Assembly (NCBI RefSeq): GCF_046119375.1
Contig: NW_027362763.1
Location: 61,318,001 to 61,382,000, forward strand
Source: Phyllobates terribilis
Lineage: Eukaryota
Direction: 5' to 3'
DNA length: 64,000 bases
Part shown: in pieces, positions 48,740 through 60,849 of the stretch
Numbering within the stretch: position 1 is the stretch's first letter
How the letters are laid out: every line of letters begins with the position of its first letter
Position numbers and translations under genes: made by a program
The notes under the pieces: model-generated
Told to the model about the DNA's origin: nothing
Database searches by the model: none
What the model saw: only the letters and a program-made list of their open reading frames with translations

Positions 48740-49559
48740 CTAAAAATGGAAACCATTCGAGGGTGTAGCATAAATATTGCTGAATCTTATGAACCAGAAA
48801 CTTTAATATCGGACAGCCTAACTGCATGGCAGCCGGTCCGGTTACCAAAAACTTGAGCACCATGTACAGAGCCACTCAGCAGCCTCAACAACTTCTCCGT
48901 GATCTTTGTGTCTTCAGCACAGAATACCTACCCTTGTGTCAATCGGGTTTGGATATTTTTGGCGTCTGACTACTTTAACTCATCTCGCCAAGTAGAATAA
49001 AGATAGTGGCTTATGTGAACTAAAATTCAGATATCTTATCAGACATAAAACCAAAGTGTAAGCGGAGACTCGGCCAAATTACTTTATCCTACTCAGCACT
49101 AAATCAATGTGCAGAGAAGCTAAACCCGGTCACTGCCCCTAGAAGACCTCCGGGAGGCGAGCAGCGCGCCAGCCGTGACCATGACCGGCACACAAGTCTG
49201 ACGGCACAGAACAGTAAGCCAGGTACAGAAGCAGTTGTTTCATCCTGGCACCAAGGGACCAGATAAGTGTTGGATTATCAGACTGTGCGGATTATTCAAC
49301 AATCATGGAAAACTTGTAGTTTTAATTTCCATTTTTGTAGTTGTTTCTACTGGAGTGCTTCCCCCAGAAATCCTCCTCAGGGTAGGCAAAGTACTAGTAA
49401 TCAATCAATGGAGGTCCAAGTGATGGGCACCCCACTGATCGTACGAACATGAACGGAGCAGCAAATGTGAGGCCACAACTCCTATAACTTCAATGGGCTT
49501 ATGGATGACCATATAAGTCGCCTTTCCCCACTTCCCACATTTCCCCCAGTGTATGAGAA

Positions 49560-50575
49560 CAGTTGCCCGTCGATTTCCCCCCCCAGGTGTATGACAGCCG
49601 CCTTCTTCCCCCCTTCTCCCCAGTGTATGACAGCCATTACCCGTCCCGGTGTATGATAGCCGTCGCTCCCCCCTCCCCCTCATGTGTATGACAGCTGTCT
49701 CCTTCCCCCACCTGGTGTATGTCAACCAGCATCATCGCCTCCCCCCCGATGTATGCCATCCTCACATCCGGCCCCATCGTCTTCCCACCCCCGCGGTGTA
49801 TGACATCCGGCCCCATCGCCTCCCCACCCCTGCGGTGTGTGACATCCGGCCCCATCGCCTCCCCACCCCTGCGGTGTGTGACATCCGGCCCCATCGCCTC
49901 CCCACCCCCGCGGTGTGTGACATCCGGCCCCATCGTCTCCCCACCCAAGCGGTGTGTGACATCCGGCCCCATCGTCTCCCCACCCCCGCGGTGTGTGACA
50001 TCCGGCGGCCCCATCGTCTCCCCCCCCCCCCCCATCGTCTCCCACCCCCCCCCCCCGGTGTATGACATCCGGCCCCATCGCCCCCCCCCCCCCGGTGTAT
50101 GATACTCGGCCCCATCGTCCAGTCTCCCCCCCCGGTGTATGACATCCGGTCCCATCGTCTCCTTCCCCCGCGGTGTATGACATCCAGCCCCATCGTCTCC
50201 TTCCCCCGCAGTGTATGACATCCGGCCCCATCGTCTCCCCACCCCCGGTGTATGACATCCGGCACTATCGTCTCCCCACCCCCGCGGTGTATGACATCCG
50301 GCCTCATCGTCTCCCCACCCCCGCGGTGTATGACATCCGGCCTCATCGTCTCCCCACCCCCGCGGTGTATGACATCTGGCCCCATCGTCTCCCCACCCCC
50401 GCGGTGTATGACATCTGGCCCCATCGTCTCCCCACCCCCGCGGTGTATGACATCTGGCCCCATCGTCTGCTTCCCCCGCAGTGTATGACATCCGGCCCCA
50501 TCGTCTCCTTCCCCCGTGGTGTATGACATCCGACCCCATCGTCACCTCCCCCCTCCCGGTGTATGACATCCGGTG
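49560..50575. repeat. ~39-bp GC-rich minisatellite (C-rich plus / G-rich minus)
   Basis: Unit gtgtatgacatccggccccatcgtctccccacccccgcg, ~25 copies with degenerate edges. Confidence 0.93.
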
Positions 50576-50867
50576 TCAGGAGAATGTTACCGCCTGACTG
50601 CCTTGTGCCCGCTGTACAGTTTGGTGGAGGAGGGATGATACTATGGGATGTTTCCAGGGTCGGCCTCAGCTCTTAGTACCAGTGATGTGAAATCTTAATA
50701 CTTAAAAGCTATAGGTGTAATGTGACGGGGGCACATACACTACATGGACATCATCATTATCAGGACCCATCCCATCACAAGTCTCTTTTACCCCAGTCTT
50801 CCCATGTCGTATACTAATGAGAGGAACATGAAAAGTAACAGAATAAGGTGAATATTTTCCCACCTAC

Positions 50868-50952
50868 CACAGCGGAAAGGTCTCGCTCGCCCCTTTTCCA
50901 AGTGGAGAATCGCGAAGTTGCTCATAAACTACCATGCGGACTCCGGAGTACA
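50868..50952 (-). CDS. SLC25A27: SLC25A27 exon 3
   Basis: tcttccctatccgcag|VYSGVRMVVYEQLRDSPLGKGASETFPLW|gtaggt; 85 nt. Confidence 0.95.
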
Positions 50953-51270
50953 CTGCGGATAGGGAAGAGAGATCATTGTACTGTCAAATACCAGAGGGCA
51001 AAACAGAACAAAAAATGGGGTAAATACAAGGAATAAATATCCTCAGTATCTGCTGTGTGATGTGATAAAGCCATGGATAGGAGTAGGAAAGGAATATATG
51101 GAAGGAGCAGCCACATCAATGTGTAAAAGTGTCCCAGAGCTGCCACCACTAAAGAGTCAGGATGTGAGATGCTGGTTTGGTGGCCACTGTGCACAGGGGC
51201 ATGTAACGCTTCTCCCCTTGTGGGTCCTCACTTTCTCGGACCTCCCCCAATCACTATATGAACGTTTTAC

Positions 51271-51459
51271 CAATGTGACGATACACCGCTGGCGTCGCTC
51301 CCTGCCAAAGCTTCAGCACGCCTTCCTCCTGTACGATACCAATGGCCGTGCGCACCATGCCTCTGTAGGGCGCGGCAGCACCTCCTTCTCCGAAGCGTTT
51401 CAGTGCCGCCTCTCCTTGTATCTGCAGTCGCGTTTTGGTGAGATCCAGAGGGAATGTCA
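51271..51459 (-). CDS. SLC25A27: SLC25A27 exon 2
   Basis: tctgtcaccag|[63 protein letters not shown]|gtaaaa; first carrier signature; 189 nt. Confidence 0.97.
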
Positions 51460-51608
51460 CTGGTGACAGAGATAAAATATTGTAACGGGCAGCGACACAT
51501 CATCTACAGGGCACTGTAGACATGTCTAGACCTGGAGATGCCAATAAAGAAGAGACAATTACAGAATTAGCGCCATCAATTCCAGATAACCACCAAATTG
51601 CCTAAAGG

Positions 51609-52501
51609 GCAAACCAGGCTCATCCTCCGCACCTCCTGCAGTCCGTGCATACAGGACAAACCAGGCTCATCCTCCGCACCTCCTGCAGTCCGTGCATACA
51701 GGACAAACCAGGCTCATCCTCCGCACCTCCTGCAGTCCGTGCATACAGGACAAACCAGGCTCATCCTCCGCACCTCCTGCAGTCCGTGCATACAGGACAA
51801 ACCAGGCTCATCCTCCGAACCTCCTGCAGTCCGTGCATACAGGACAAACCAGGCTCATCCTCCGCACCTCCTGCAGTCCGTGCATACAGGACAAACCAGG
51901 CTCATCCTCCGCACCTCCTGCAGTCCGTGCATACAGGACAAACCAGGCTCATCCTCCGCACCTCCTGCTGTCCGTGCATACAGGACAAACCAGGCTCATC
52001 CTCCGCACCTCCTGCTGTCCGTGCATACAGGACAAACCAGGCTCATCCTCCGCACCTCCTGCAGTCCGTGCATACAGGACAAACCAGGCTCATCCTCCGC
52101 ACCTCCTGCAGTCCGTGCATACAGGGCAAACCAGGCTCATCCTCCGCACCTCCTGCAGTCCGTGCATACAGGGCAAACCAGGCTCATCCTCCGCACCTCC
52201 TGCAGTCCGTGCATACAGGGCAAACCAGACTCATCCTCCGTACCTCCTGCAGTCCGTGCATACAGAACAAACCAGGCTCATCCTCCGCACCTCCTGCAGT
52301 CCGTGCATACAGGGCAAACCAGACTCATCCTCCGTACCTCCTGCAGTCCGTGCATACAGAACAAACCAGGCTCATCCTCCGCACCTCCTGCAGTCCGTGC
52401 ATACAGAACAAACCAGGCTCATCCTCCGCACCTCCTGCAGTCCGTGCATACAGAACAAACCAGGCTCATCCTCCGCACCTCCTGCAGTCCGTGCATACAG
52501 G
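51609..52501. repeat. 47-bp minisatellite, 19 copies
   Basis: Unit caaaccaggctcatcctccgcacctcctgcagtccgtgcatacagga. Confidence 0.96.
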
Positions 52502-52709
52502 GCACTCTACTTCTTTCTGAAGTGGATAAAGACCCCTGCACACCCCACTGTCCCTACAGAGGTGGCCACTGATCAGAATTGTGCATGCGGTGGGATTCAG
52601 CTGATGCTCGGCACATGCGCTCAGGACAGATAATTCCACTGCGCTACAGAGGGCTGTGCATATACGCATGTGCCGAGCGTCAGCAGAATGGTGACCGCAC
52701 AGGACAGAC

Positions 52710-52889
52710 CAGGGTTCCCCAACTCCAGTCCTCAAGGCCCACCAATAGTGTTCAAGATTTCCTTAGTACTGCCCAGGTGATGCGATTATTGCCTGTGCAG
52801 GTGATGTAATTATCACCTGTGCAATACTAAGGAAATCCTGAAAACATGGCCTGTTGGTGGGTCTTGAGGACTGGAGTTGGGGAACCTTG
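52710..52889. mobile_element. hAT-type MITE with 8-bp TSD
   Basis: TIRs cagggttccccaactccagtcctcaag / cttgaggactggagttggggaaccttg; flanks ggacagac / ggatagac. Confidence 0.85.
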
Positions 52890-53229
52890 GGATAGACCGT
52901 TGTTGCTTGTCATCACAGCTGTGGAGTCAGACTAGTAGCTAATGTAACCCCCTTTCCCACCCTGCACTCAATGTAAGTATATGGCATGTGCAGGCCGATC
53001 TCATGTACAAGATGTCACCATGCTGCTGCAATGGCTGGGATTACAGCAATCACGGATCGTTTCAGGACCTTTCATTGTTTTTGTTTTTTTATTTAGACTC
53101 CTCTAATTGCTGCTACTCCACAGATTTTTATTTTTTTTTGGTCTGTGCATCGCCATTCCAAAGTTATGGCCCTTGGGTAATGAAGATGCAAAGTTAAAAA
53201 AAAATTAAAAAAAATAGAAATTATTTATG

Positions 53230-53483
53230 AATAAGAATAATAGGATGCGCTGCAATGCCACTTGGTTAAAATGGTGAAATTAATCCTACCTGAGGAGGAT
53301 GATGAGAGTTACCAGTCTCTGCAGTATGATGGAATAATAGACCAGGCTTATCTGTCCAACGTCCACCTAAATGGATTATTCCATCATACTGTAGAGACTG
53401 GGAACTCTCATCATCCTCCTCAGTTAGGATTAATTTCACCATTTTAACCAAGTGGCATTGCAGCGCATCCTAGTATTCTTATT
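53230..53483. repeat. Near-perfect 254-bp palindrome (~108-bp arms)
   Basis: aataagaataataggatgcgctgcaatgccacttggttaaaatggtg... / ...caccattttaaccaagtggcattgcagcgcatcctagtattcttatt. Confidence 0.92.
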
Positions 53484-53559
53484 TGTTTTCTTCCAAGATT
53501 GGCACTCGGGCACATAGTGCTATAGGAGTGCAGCTCTTTGTCATCACACATTTTCAGGC

Positions 53560-54300
53560 AGCAGCGCTATTGCATATTGTCCTTATATTAGAAATTATAT
53601 ACATTTCATTTTTTTTTGTAACTCGAATATAAATTTATATACAAATTACAAAGAGAATTAAAAATATATACACTTTTTATTTTTTGTAACTTGCATATAA
53701 TTTTATTTATGTAAAAGTTTCGAAAATTCTAAAAAAAGAATAAAAACATTATTTTGATTACTTTGTGACTTGTATATAACTATTTATTGTATATTATGAT
53801 TACTATTTTTTATTCTCTTTTATATATGAATTTATACAAGTTAGAAAGAAAAAAAAATAGTATATATGTATACTATTTAATTATTTTTAGTAACTTGTAT
53901 ATAAATTATGTATTTATAAACAAGTGACAAAAAAAATGAATATATTATATAAATATTTAGACTTTATTATTTTTGTAACTTGTATATAAATGTATATACA
54001 AGTTACTATAAAAAAATAGTATATGTATACTATTTTTCTTTCTTTGTAACTTGTATAAAATGTGTATACAAGTTAGAGAAAAAAAAAACAAAAAAAAAAC
54101 AGTAAATATATTTACTTTCTTTTATTACTTTTTGCATAACATTTATATACAAGTTACAGAAAAAGTAATACAAGTAAATATATTTACTATTTTTTTCCCC
54201 TGTAACTTGTATATAAATGTTATACAAAGTACAGAAAAAGTAATAAAAAAATAATAATTATATATATATCTCTATATATCTTTACACATTAAGAGTCGTT
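53560..54300. repeat. AT-rich degenerate repeat (tttgtaacttgtatataaat in both orientations)
   Basis: Motif and its reverse complement atttatacaagttacaaa alternate. Confidence 0.8.
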
Positions 54301-54606
54301 GTCTCCTTTGCAGGCTATAAAACCATTAAGTGATTTTATGTGTAAATGCACCAAAGTATATAAAAAAAAAATAATAACAATAATATTAACCCTTTATAAA
54401 TCTGTTATCACCGTAAGGGTTAAACCTGCCATAGAAGTGACTGGGAGTTGCTCTTACCCACGTGACATTACACAAGTACTATACTAATCAGCAGTGGCAC
54501 CACAAATACCAGCATTCCCCTTGAAGAGTAACTATAGCTAGGGGACATGCTGGGAGTTGTAGTCCCATACGTGCTCTGCAAGGACAGGACACCGGTCTAT
54601 AGATAC

Positions 54607-54697
54607 CTAGCTCGGCCACACTGGCAGCACAGGCGGACAGGACAAACTTGCTGAGCTGGGGCCATGTGTCCGGCAGAGCCCGTTCCTCCGGTGCCAT
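54607..54697 (-). CDS. SLC25A27: SLC25A27 exon 1 (start)
   Basis: ATG at 54697: MAPEERALPDTWPQLSKFVLSACAASVAEL, donor G|gtatct; the nine exons sum to 954 nt = 317 aa plus stop. Confidence 0.95.
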
Positions 54698-55003
54698 CCC
54701 GGGCACAGCTTATTGCTGCAGCGACCCCAAATCTCCCCCACCACATGGGGCAATGACGTCACGCCACCCGCAGCGTGTGCCGGGAAGTGTAGTTTGGATT
54801 CGCACTGTACAGACAAGAGTTGGAGCTGTCAATCAATAAACCACGCCCCAGCCCCGAGCCTCCAATTCTGATTGGCTGCCTTTCAAGGTAAGCAGACGTT
54901 GATTGGCTGCGTCGCTCTCTCCTGTCACACAGCGGTGGACACGCCTCCTGCCCAGCTCCCTGATGCAGGTACCAATGCCAGGCAGGTGGCAATAAGCTGC
55001 AGG
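54698..55003. promoter_or_regulatory. Bidirectional CpG promoter SLC25A27/CYP39A1
   Basis: 306 bp between divergent ATGs; TGACGTCA at 54754-54761; ZNF143-type AACTACACTTCCCG (minus, 54781-54794); CCACGCCCC at 54841-54849; two gattggctg CCAAT boxes (~54870, ~54901). Confidence 0.85.
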
Positions 55004-55207
55004 ATGCTGGAGGGGATCGGTGGGCTGCACACCCTGCTCGGGCTATTCCTGGCCCTTCTGGCCGGATTGTTGGCTAGAAGTTACCTCTCCCGAAACGGCC
55101 GGAGCCTTCCTGCACCTCCCTGTATCAGGGGCTGGATACCATGGCTGGGGGCTGCGCTAGAGATGGGCAAATGCCCCCTGGAATTTATAGAACAAGCAAG
55201 ACAGAAG
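55004..55207 (+). CDS. CYP39A1: CYP39A1 exon 1 (oxysterol 7-alpha-hydroxylase)
   Basis: Hydrophobic anchor followed by PPCIRGWIPWLGAALEMGKCPLEFIEQARQK|gtaaag; P450 proline cluster; synteny. Confidence 0.93.
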
Positions 55208-55228
55208 GTAAAGAGCATTTATACTACT

Positions 55229-55846
55229 AGTGCGATAGTCTACAACCCCTGTCTGCTGTGGAACTGCAACTCCCAGTACCTGATACTCTCTGGGCATGCT
55301 GGGGGTCGTAGTTTTCTTGTAACTCAGGTCACACACTGCATTTCTACCCAGTGCATTAGTCTACAACCCTTCCTGGTGAAGAACTACATCTCTCAGCATG
55401 CCCCCAGTAACTGATGCTCTCTGGGCATGCTGGGGGTTGTAGTTTTCCTGTGACTCAGGTCGCACAAAGTATTACTGTTCAGTGCAATAATCCACACCCC
55501 CTGACTGGTGAAGAACTAGAACTCTCAGCATGCCCCCCAGTAACCTGATGCTGTCTTGACATGCTGGGGGTTGTAGTTTTCATGTGGCTGAGGTCACACA
55601 AAGAATTACTGTTCAGTGCAATCATTTGTATCCCCTGCCTGGTGTGGAACTACAACTCTCAGCATGCCCCCAGTAACTGATGCTGTCTTGGCATGCTGGG
55701 GGTTGTAATTTTCGTGTGACTCAGGTCACGCAAAGAATTACTGTTCAGTGCAATAATTCACATCCCCTGACTGGTGAAGAACTAGAACTCTCAGCATGCC
55801 CCCCAGTAACCTGATGCTGTTTGGGCATGCTGGGGGTTGTAGTTTT
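55229..55846. repeat. Five 120-134-bp tandem units, each with an inverted pair of ACTACAnnyCyCAGCATG motifs
   Basis: gaact starts at 55261, 55381, 55513, 55647 and 55779, each followed by catgctgggggttgtagt. Confidence 0.9.
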
Positions 55847-57129
55847 AAAGCAGTTGCATGACTTAGACATGATGATACATCAGTGATGATACTCAGTTGG
55901 GTCAGCTTTATAACCAGGTTAAGCTCCACCCACTTGTCTTTTTTTTTTTTTTTTTTTTAAGTATTAGAGCATCTTTTTCCATTGAATTGTACATTGTGGC
56001 ATTCCTCTGTTACACCTCCTGTAATTTTATGAATAAATTGACCACTGGATGTTATTATTCGGAGGAGCGTTCCCTCACGGTTTGGCATCGTCATCTGTGA
56101 TTGGACAGTATCGGAAGTGCCCTCAACTGGTAATGCTCAGTTTATACATTTCCAGTAGGAATAACAGAGGAACGGCGCAGTTTTAACACCTGGGTGACGT
56201 ACGCGCTTAAGTGTATGAAATGGGAACTGAGCACAGTTCATACAGCACAGGTGCCGGCTGCGTTGTACAGTCGGCACCAAAGAGTAACTGCAACCAAAAA
56301 AGTCAAGAATAAAAAAGCTACCGTTCTTGCTGTAAGAATTAAGCCCTGATACAATTCTCTTATTCTGGTAGCCATAATTTTATTATTTTTTGACTGTGAA
56401 AACTGAAGGCAATTTTTTATTTAGATTTTTATATTTTTTTTTTTCTAAATAAACATAATAATTTTAAAATAATACAATTTCTTATCACAACTGAACTGAC
56501 CCATAAAATTTAGCTGCTAAGTAATTTTCACTGCAAAGTGAACATCATAAAAAAAAAACAATGGGGCATGTGTCCAAAGGGGATGCCAAAAAAAATAATC
56601 ACATTGCCTTGAGCAAGGTACAAGGACAAGACAGTAAAGTGAACCTTGGCTCCTGAGTCGGCCGCGGCTCTACGTGCGCCACCTTGTGGCACGTCTCCAA
56701 TCCTGGCTGTCAAGTTCTAGTTCTGAACTGCGCTATTCATTTTTCCATATAATGAGCTGAAAAACAGGAGAGAAAAAATGCAGTGAAAAGCAAAAAAAAT
56801 CTGATTCCACCACTGTTCTAGTATTTTTACGACGTTTATTGTGACTTTTTTTTAGTTTTGCGAGACTCGTAACTTTTCTTTTCCCTTCGATGGAGCAGTG
56901 TGACGTGTTTTTTTTAAAATTGTACTGATATCATTTTTGGGTCCATACAACATTTCTCATGCTTTTTATAGAATCTTTTTGGAGAGGATCGGTAACCCAA
57001 AATTTGCAAATCTGTTATTTTTCACTTTTTTGTGCTTTTGTTCTTACATCCTCTTCTTCCAAGACCCATAACTTTTTTTTATTTATCCATCTACATAACT
57101 GTACAAGCCATACAGGATTAAAAAAATAA

Positions 57130-58040
57130 TACAATTTTGATAATACTTTTGACTAGCGGAATTGTGTACATGGTGGCAATACCAAATATGAATATTTTAT
57201 TTAATTTTTTCTACGGGGAAAAGAAAACTGATAATTTTGTAAAATTATTATTATTATTCTATATTTTGTATTATTATATTTGTTATTATAATTATCATTA
57301 TTGTTATTATTTATTTTTTATCTATTTTTTTCTACTGGGAAAAGAGAACTGATAATTTTTTACAATTATTTTTATTATTATTATATTTATTATTATTTTA
57401 TATTTTGTATTATTATATTTGTTATTATAATGATCATTATTGTTATTATTTATTTATTTTTCTACTGGGAAAAGAGAACTGATAATTTTGTAAAATTATT
57501 TTTATTATTATTATTATTATTATTATTTTATATTTTGTATTATATTTGTTATTATAATGATCATTATTGTTATTTATTTATTTTTCTACTGGGAAAAGAG
57601 AACTGATAATTTTGTAAAATTATTTTTATTATTTATTATTATATTTATTATTATTTTATATTTTGTATTATTATATTTATTATTTGTTATTATAATGATT
57701 ATTATTGTTATTATTTATTTGTTCATGTTTTTCTACTGGGAAAAGAGAATTTTGTAAAATTATTATTATTATTTGTTATTATAATGATTATTATTGTTTA
57801 TTATATGTATTATTATTCTATATTTTGTATAATATTTATTATTATATTTGTTATTATAATGATTATTATTGTTATATTTATTATGATTCAGTATTTTGTG
57901 TATTTATTATTATATTTGTTATTATAATGATTATTATTGTTTATTATATTTATTATGATTCAGTATTTTGTATTGTTATATTTATTAGATTTGTTATTAT
58001 AATGATTATTATTGTTATTATTTATTTATTTTATTTTTTT
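57130..58040. repeat. ATT-rich low-complexity repeat with recurring ttttctactgggaaaagagaactgataatttt
   Basis: Direct inspection. Confidence 0.85.
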
Positions 58041-58479
58041 AGTTCCTACAGGGGAATTGAACCTATATACTTGAATCCATGTACTGCATTACTTCAATAT
58101 TAACGTTTTATAGTGAAATTACCGCGACCCGATAGCCAAGAGATAAATATCACTTGTTTCTTCTTTTTATGGGGGCCCGTCAGCCCCTACTGATATTATA
58201 AACTAAACACATATTTTTGCAGGGGATACGGACCCTGTAAAAGTCGTACCTTTAGTTCTCTAATTATTTTCTCAGTACTGCAGAAGTTTAATCAGATATG
58301 TTAATTAGCGTTCTTGATGCACCTCCGAGCTCCTCTCAGCCCACTGGTCATACATGTCTCCCCACCTCCCTCGCTGGTGATTGACAGCACTGCTCCAGAC
58401 TACCCTATCAGTCACCGCTGCGGGAGGCTATACACTAATCTATAAGAATAACATGTACAATATGGTTTCCTCCGTTCAG

Positions 58480-58615
58480 CACGGTCCGGTCTTCACAGTT
58501 CTGGCGGCCGGGAACAGGCTAACCTTTGTGAACGGAGAAGAGGCCGTGTCCAAGTTCTTCACCTCCAAACAGGTGGATTTCCAGCAAGCCGTGCAGAAGC
58601 CGGTCCAGTACACAG
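58480..58615 (+). CDS. CYP39A1: CYP39A1 exon 2
   Basis: tccgttcag|HGPVFTVLAAGNRLTFVNGEEAVSKFFTSKQVDFQQAVQKPVQYT|gtaacc; 136 nt. Confidence 0.95.
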
Positions 58616-58803
58616 GTAACCTCTTACTGGGTCAAGAGTGACCAGTTTTTGCTCTTCTTTTATGCCCACTGCTCTCCTTGGTATTCCACTTTTTTTTTTT
58701 AATCCACCATACGGTTCCAGAGATATGAGCCTTATAGGTTTTATTTTTTATTTGTTTTTACAAAAAAGGGGTGTGGCTCTGTTTAATGCTAATTTCTACA
58801 ATC

Positions 58804-58892
58804 TTTACGAGAAGGCGTGGTTCAGTGGATCCTCAGGGATGTGCCCTTAGGCTGCTCCCCTGAGGATCCATTGAACCACGCCTTCTCGTAAA
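58804..58892. repeat. 35-bp-stem hairpin
   Basis: tttacgagaaggcgtggttcagtggatcctcaggg / ccctgaggatccattgaaccacgccttctcgtaaa; one G:T pair, 19-nt loop. Confidence 0.9.
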
Positions 58893-59298
58893 ATTTAGCA
58901 CTAAACAAAAAGGCCCATATCTTTGGAGCCGTATGGTGGATATAAGGAAAAAAAAAGAAAAACTGATTACTCTGCAGAGCAGTGGGATTAAAATAGGAAC
59001 AAACACTGGCCCCTTTTTTTCTTACTGAGGGTCCTCTTTAATATGATACATGCCCTTAAAGTATCTTTTTGGTACCTGTATTGATCCATTTTGAGGGTCC
59101 CTTAAAAAACAAAACAAAAGTGTAGTTGCAGGGTATTTCTAATTTCTAAAGCATGTAAGGGGGTGATCCTATGAATAGAACTGCTCAGTGGACACCTAAA
59201 TCCAAATGAGCAAGGTTTCTGATCCCCCTCAACGTTCCTATATATCTGATCAGCTCTCCCTGCCTTCTCGCCTGCTGCCCAGAGACTGCAAAGAGTTT

Positions 59299-59860
59299 TG
59301 TCACAGGTGTATCAGGTTTGGCAGACAGTCGTTCTGGATCCGGCTGTAGAAGGTCGCTGCGCTTGGCTTTACAGACACCTTCTTGATTCTTTCATCTCTG
59401 TAGTGTAGAGGTATCCTTCTCTCACTGGGACTCAGTAGTGATATCCACCTTCTGCTGCTAATTGACACTCCCTTGCTTGATACATAAAAACCCTCAGTGT
59501 CTTTAGAGAGTCTCCGATGATAGTTCTATTTTCCACTGCTCAGGCCTGGAGTACTAGCAGTCGGCTAGTTTCTTGGTGGATTATTGTCGTCTTCTCTGTG
59601 GTGTCTTATGAAGCGTTTCCCTTTGTCTGTTTACCTTGTTGTCTTTAGTTGCAGTGGGGACTGACTAGTGCTCACCCCTTCCCCTCCCTATCCAGGGCCT
59701 AGCTCTAGGGGCAGTTAGGGATTAGGTATCCTGCTCAACGATAGGTGCGGAACCTATTTAGGGACAGTAGGGGAGTTAGGGTGTTATAAGATCTGCTTAG
59801 GGGTCTTCACTCTCCCTTTCCGTAGTTGTACACTTGGTCCTCCCCTCACCTAGCGTGACA
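59299..59860. mobile_element. Probable solo LTR
   Basis: 562 bp bounded by tgtcac...gtgaca inverted termini; no coding content; flanks agttt/cattt give only a partial TSD. Confidence 0.55.
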
Positions 59861-60772
59861 CATTTCTGAGCTTGCATGTTCCCTTTAAATTTACCTAAAA
59901 TGTTAGCCCCCTCCCACCAGGAGCTGAGCATTCACCATACACATATTCTGATGCCATAACCTGCCTCTAATAGCAGAAATCACTGCTTTTTAACCACTTC
60001 AATGCCACTGTCAATCTCTGGTAGTGGAATTTAAGTGGCACAATCCAAGTGAGGCGTCCATTCCAGAAGCCTCATCGGCCCCCCAGAAGCACTGTGTGCA
60101 GATGAGCTGCCGGAACAAGACTTTTATACATTGCATAGTAACACTAATAAAAAATTGTAGGTACAGAAAAAAATAGTTAAAAAAAAAAATAGAAAAAAAA
60201 CCCCAAAAACATACATTTGAATAATCAGTATTGCACGATCCACAACAGTCCGGTCTATGAAAAAGATTTAATGGTAAATGCTGTGAAAAAAATAAGATTA
60301 AAAAAAAAAAAAATGATGCAATTCCCTCCCAAATTAAATCAAAATATTATTTCTTCCACAAAATGGCATCAATCAAAATGACAGCTCGCCATGCAAATAA
60401 CAAGCTTTCATACAGTTCCATCAATGGGAAAAAAAAAGATATCAGAAAATTGCCAAAAAGGAAAAAAAATAATATATATATAAATATATTTTTTTATTTC
60501 TTTTTAAATATTTCAGATTTTTATTTTAGACATGTTTGACATCACTGTAATTGTACAGACCTGGAGTTGTCAGGTCATTTTTACTGCACAATTAACATTG
60601 TAAAAAGCAAAACCCACAAAACATTAGTGGAATTGATTTTTCTTTTTTCCCTAATTTCTTAGTCTGTTTTTCACACTTTTTTTGTATATTGTATAGTAAA
60701 GTGAATGGTCTTATTCAAAGCTACAATTATTCCCGCAAAAAAAACAAGCTCTGATACAGCTATGTGTATATA

Positions 60773-60775
<3 letters not shown>

Positions 60776-60844
<69 letters not shown>
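60776..60844. repeat. (TA)n microsatellite, ~34 units
   Basis: Direct inspection. Confidence 0.97.

Positions 60845-60849
<5 letters not shown>

Noticed and set aside
41197-52633. Repetitive ORFs (41197-41754, 43351-43851, 45440-45683, 49637-50569, 51598-52633) as proteins, or the arrays as CRISPR
   Set aside because: Head-to-tail minisatellites without unique spacers, inside introns of a vertebrate gene; no cas genes
54872-55003. N-terminal extension of CYP39A1 in the ORF track
   Set aside because: Non-ATG start inside the promoter; the ATG at 55004 directly precedes the membrane anchor
57137-58103. Ile/Tyr-rich hydrophobic ORFs
   Set aside because: ATT low-complexity repeat
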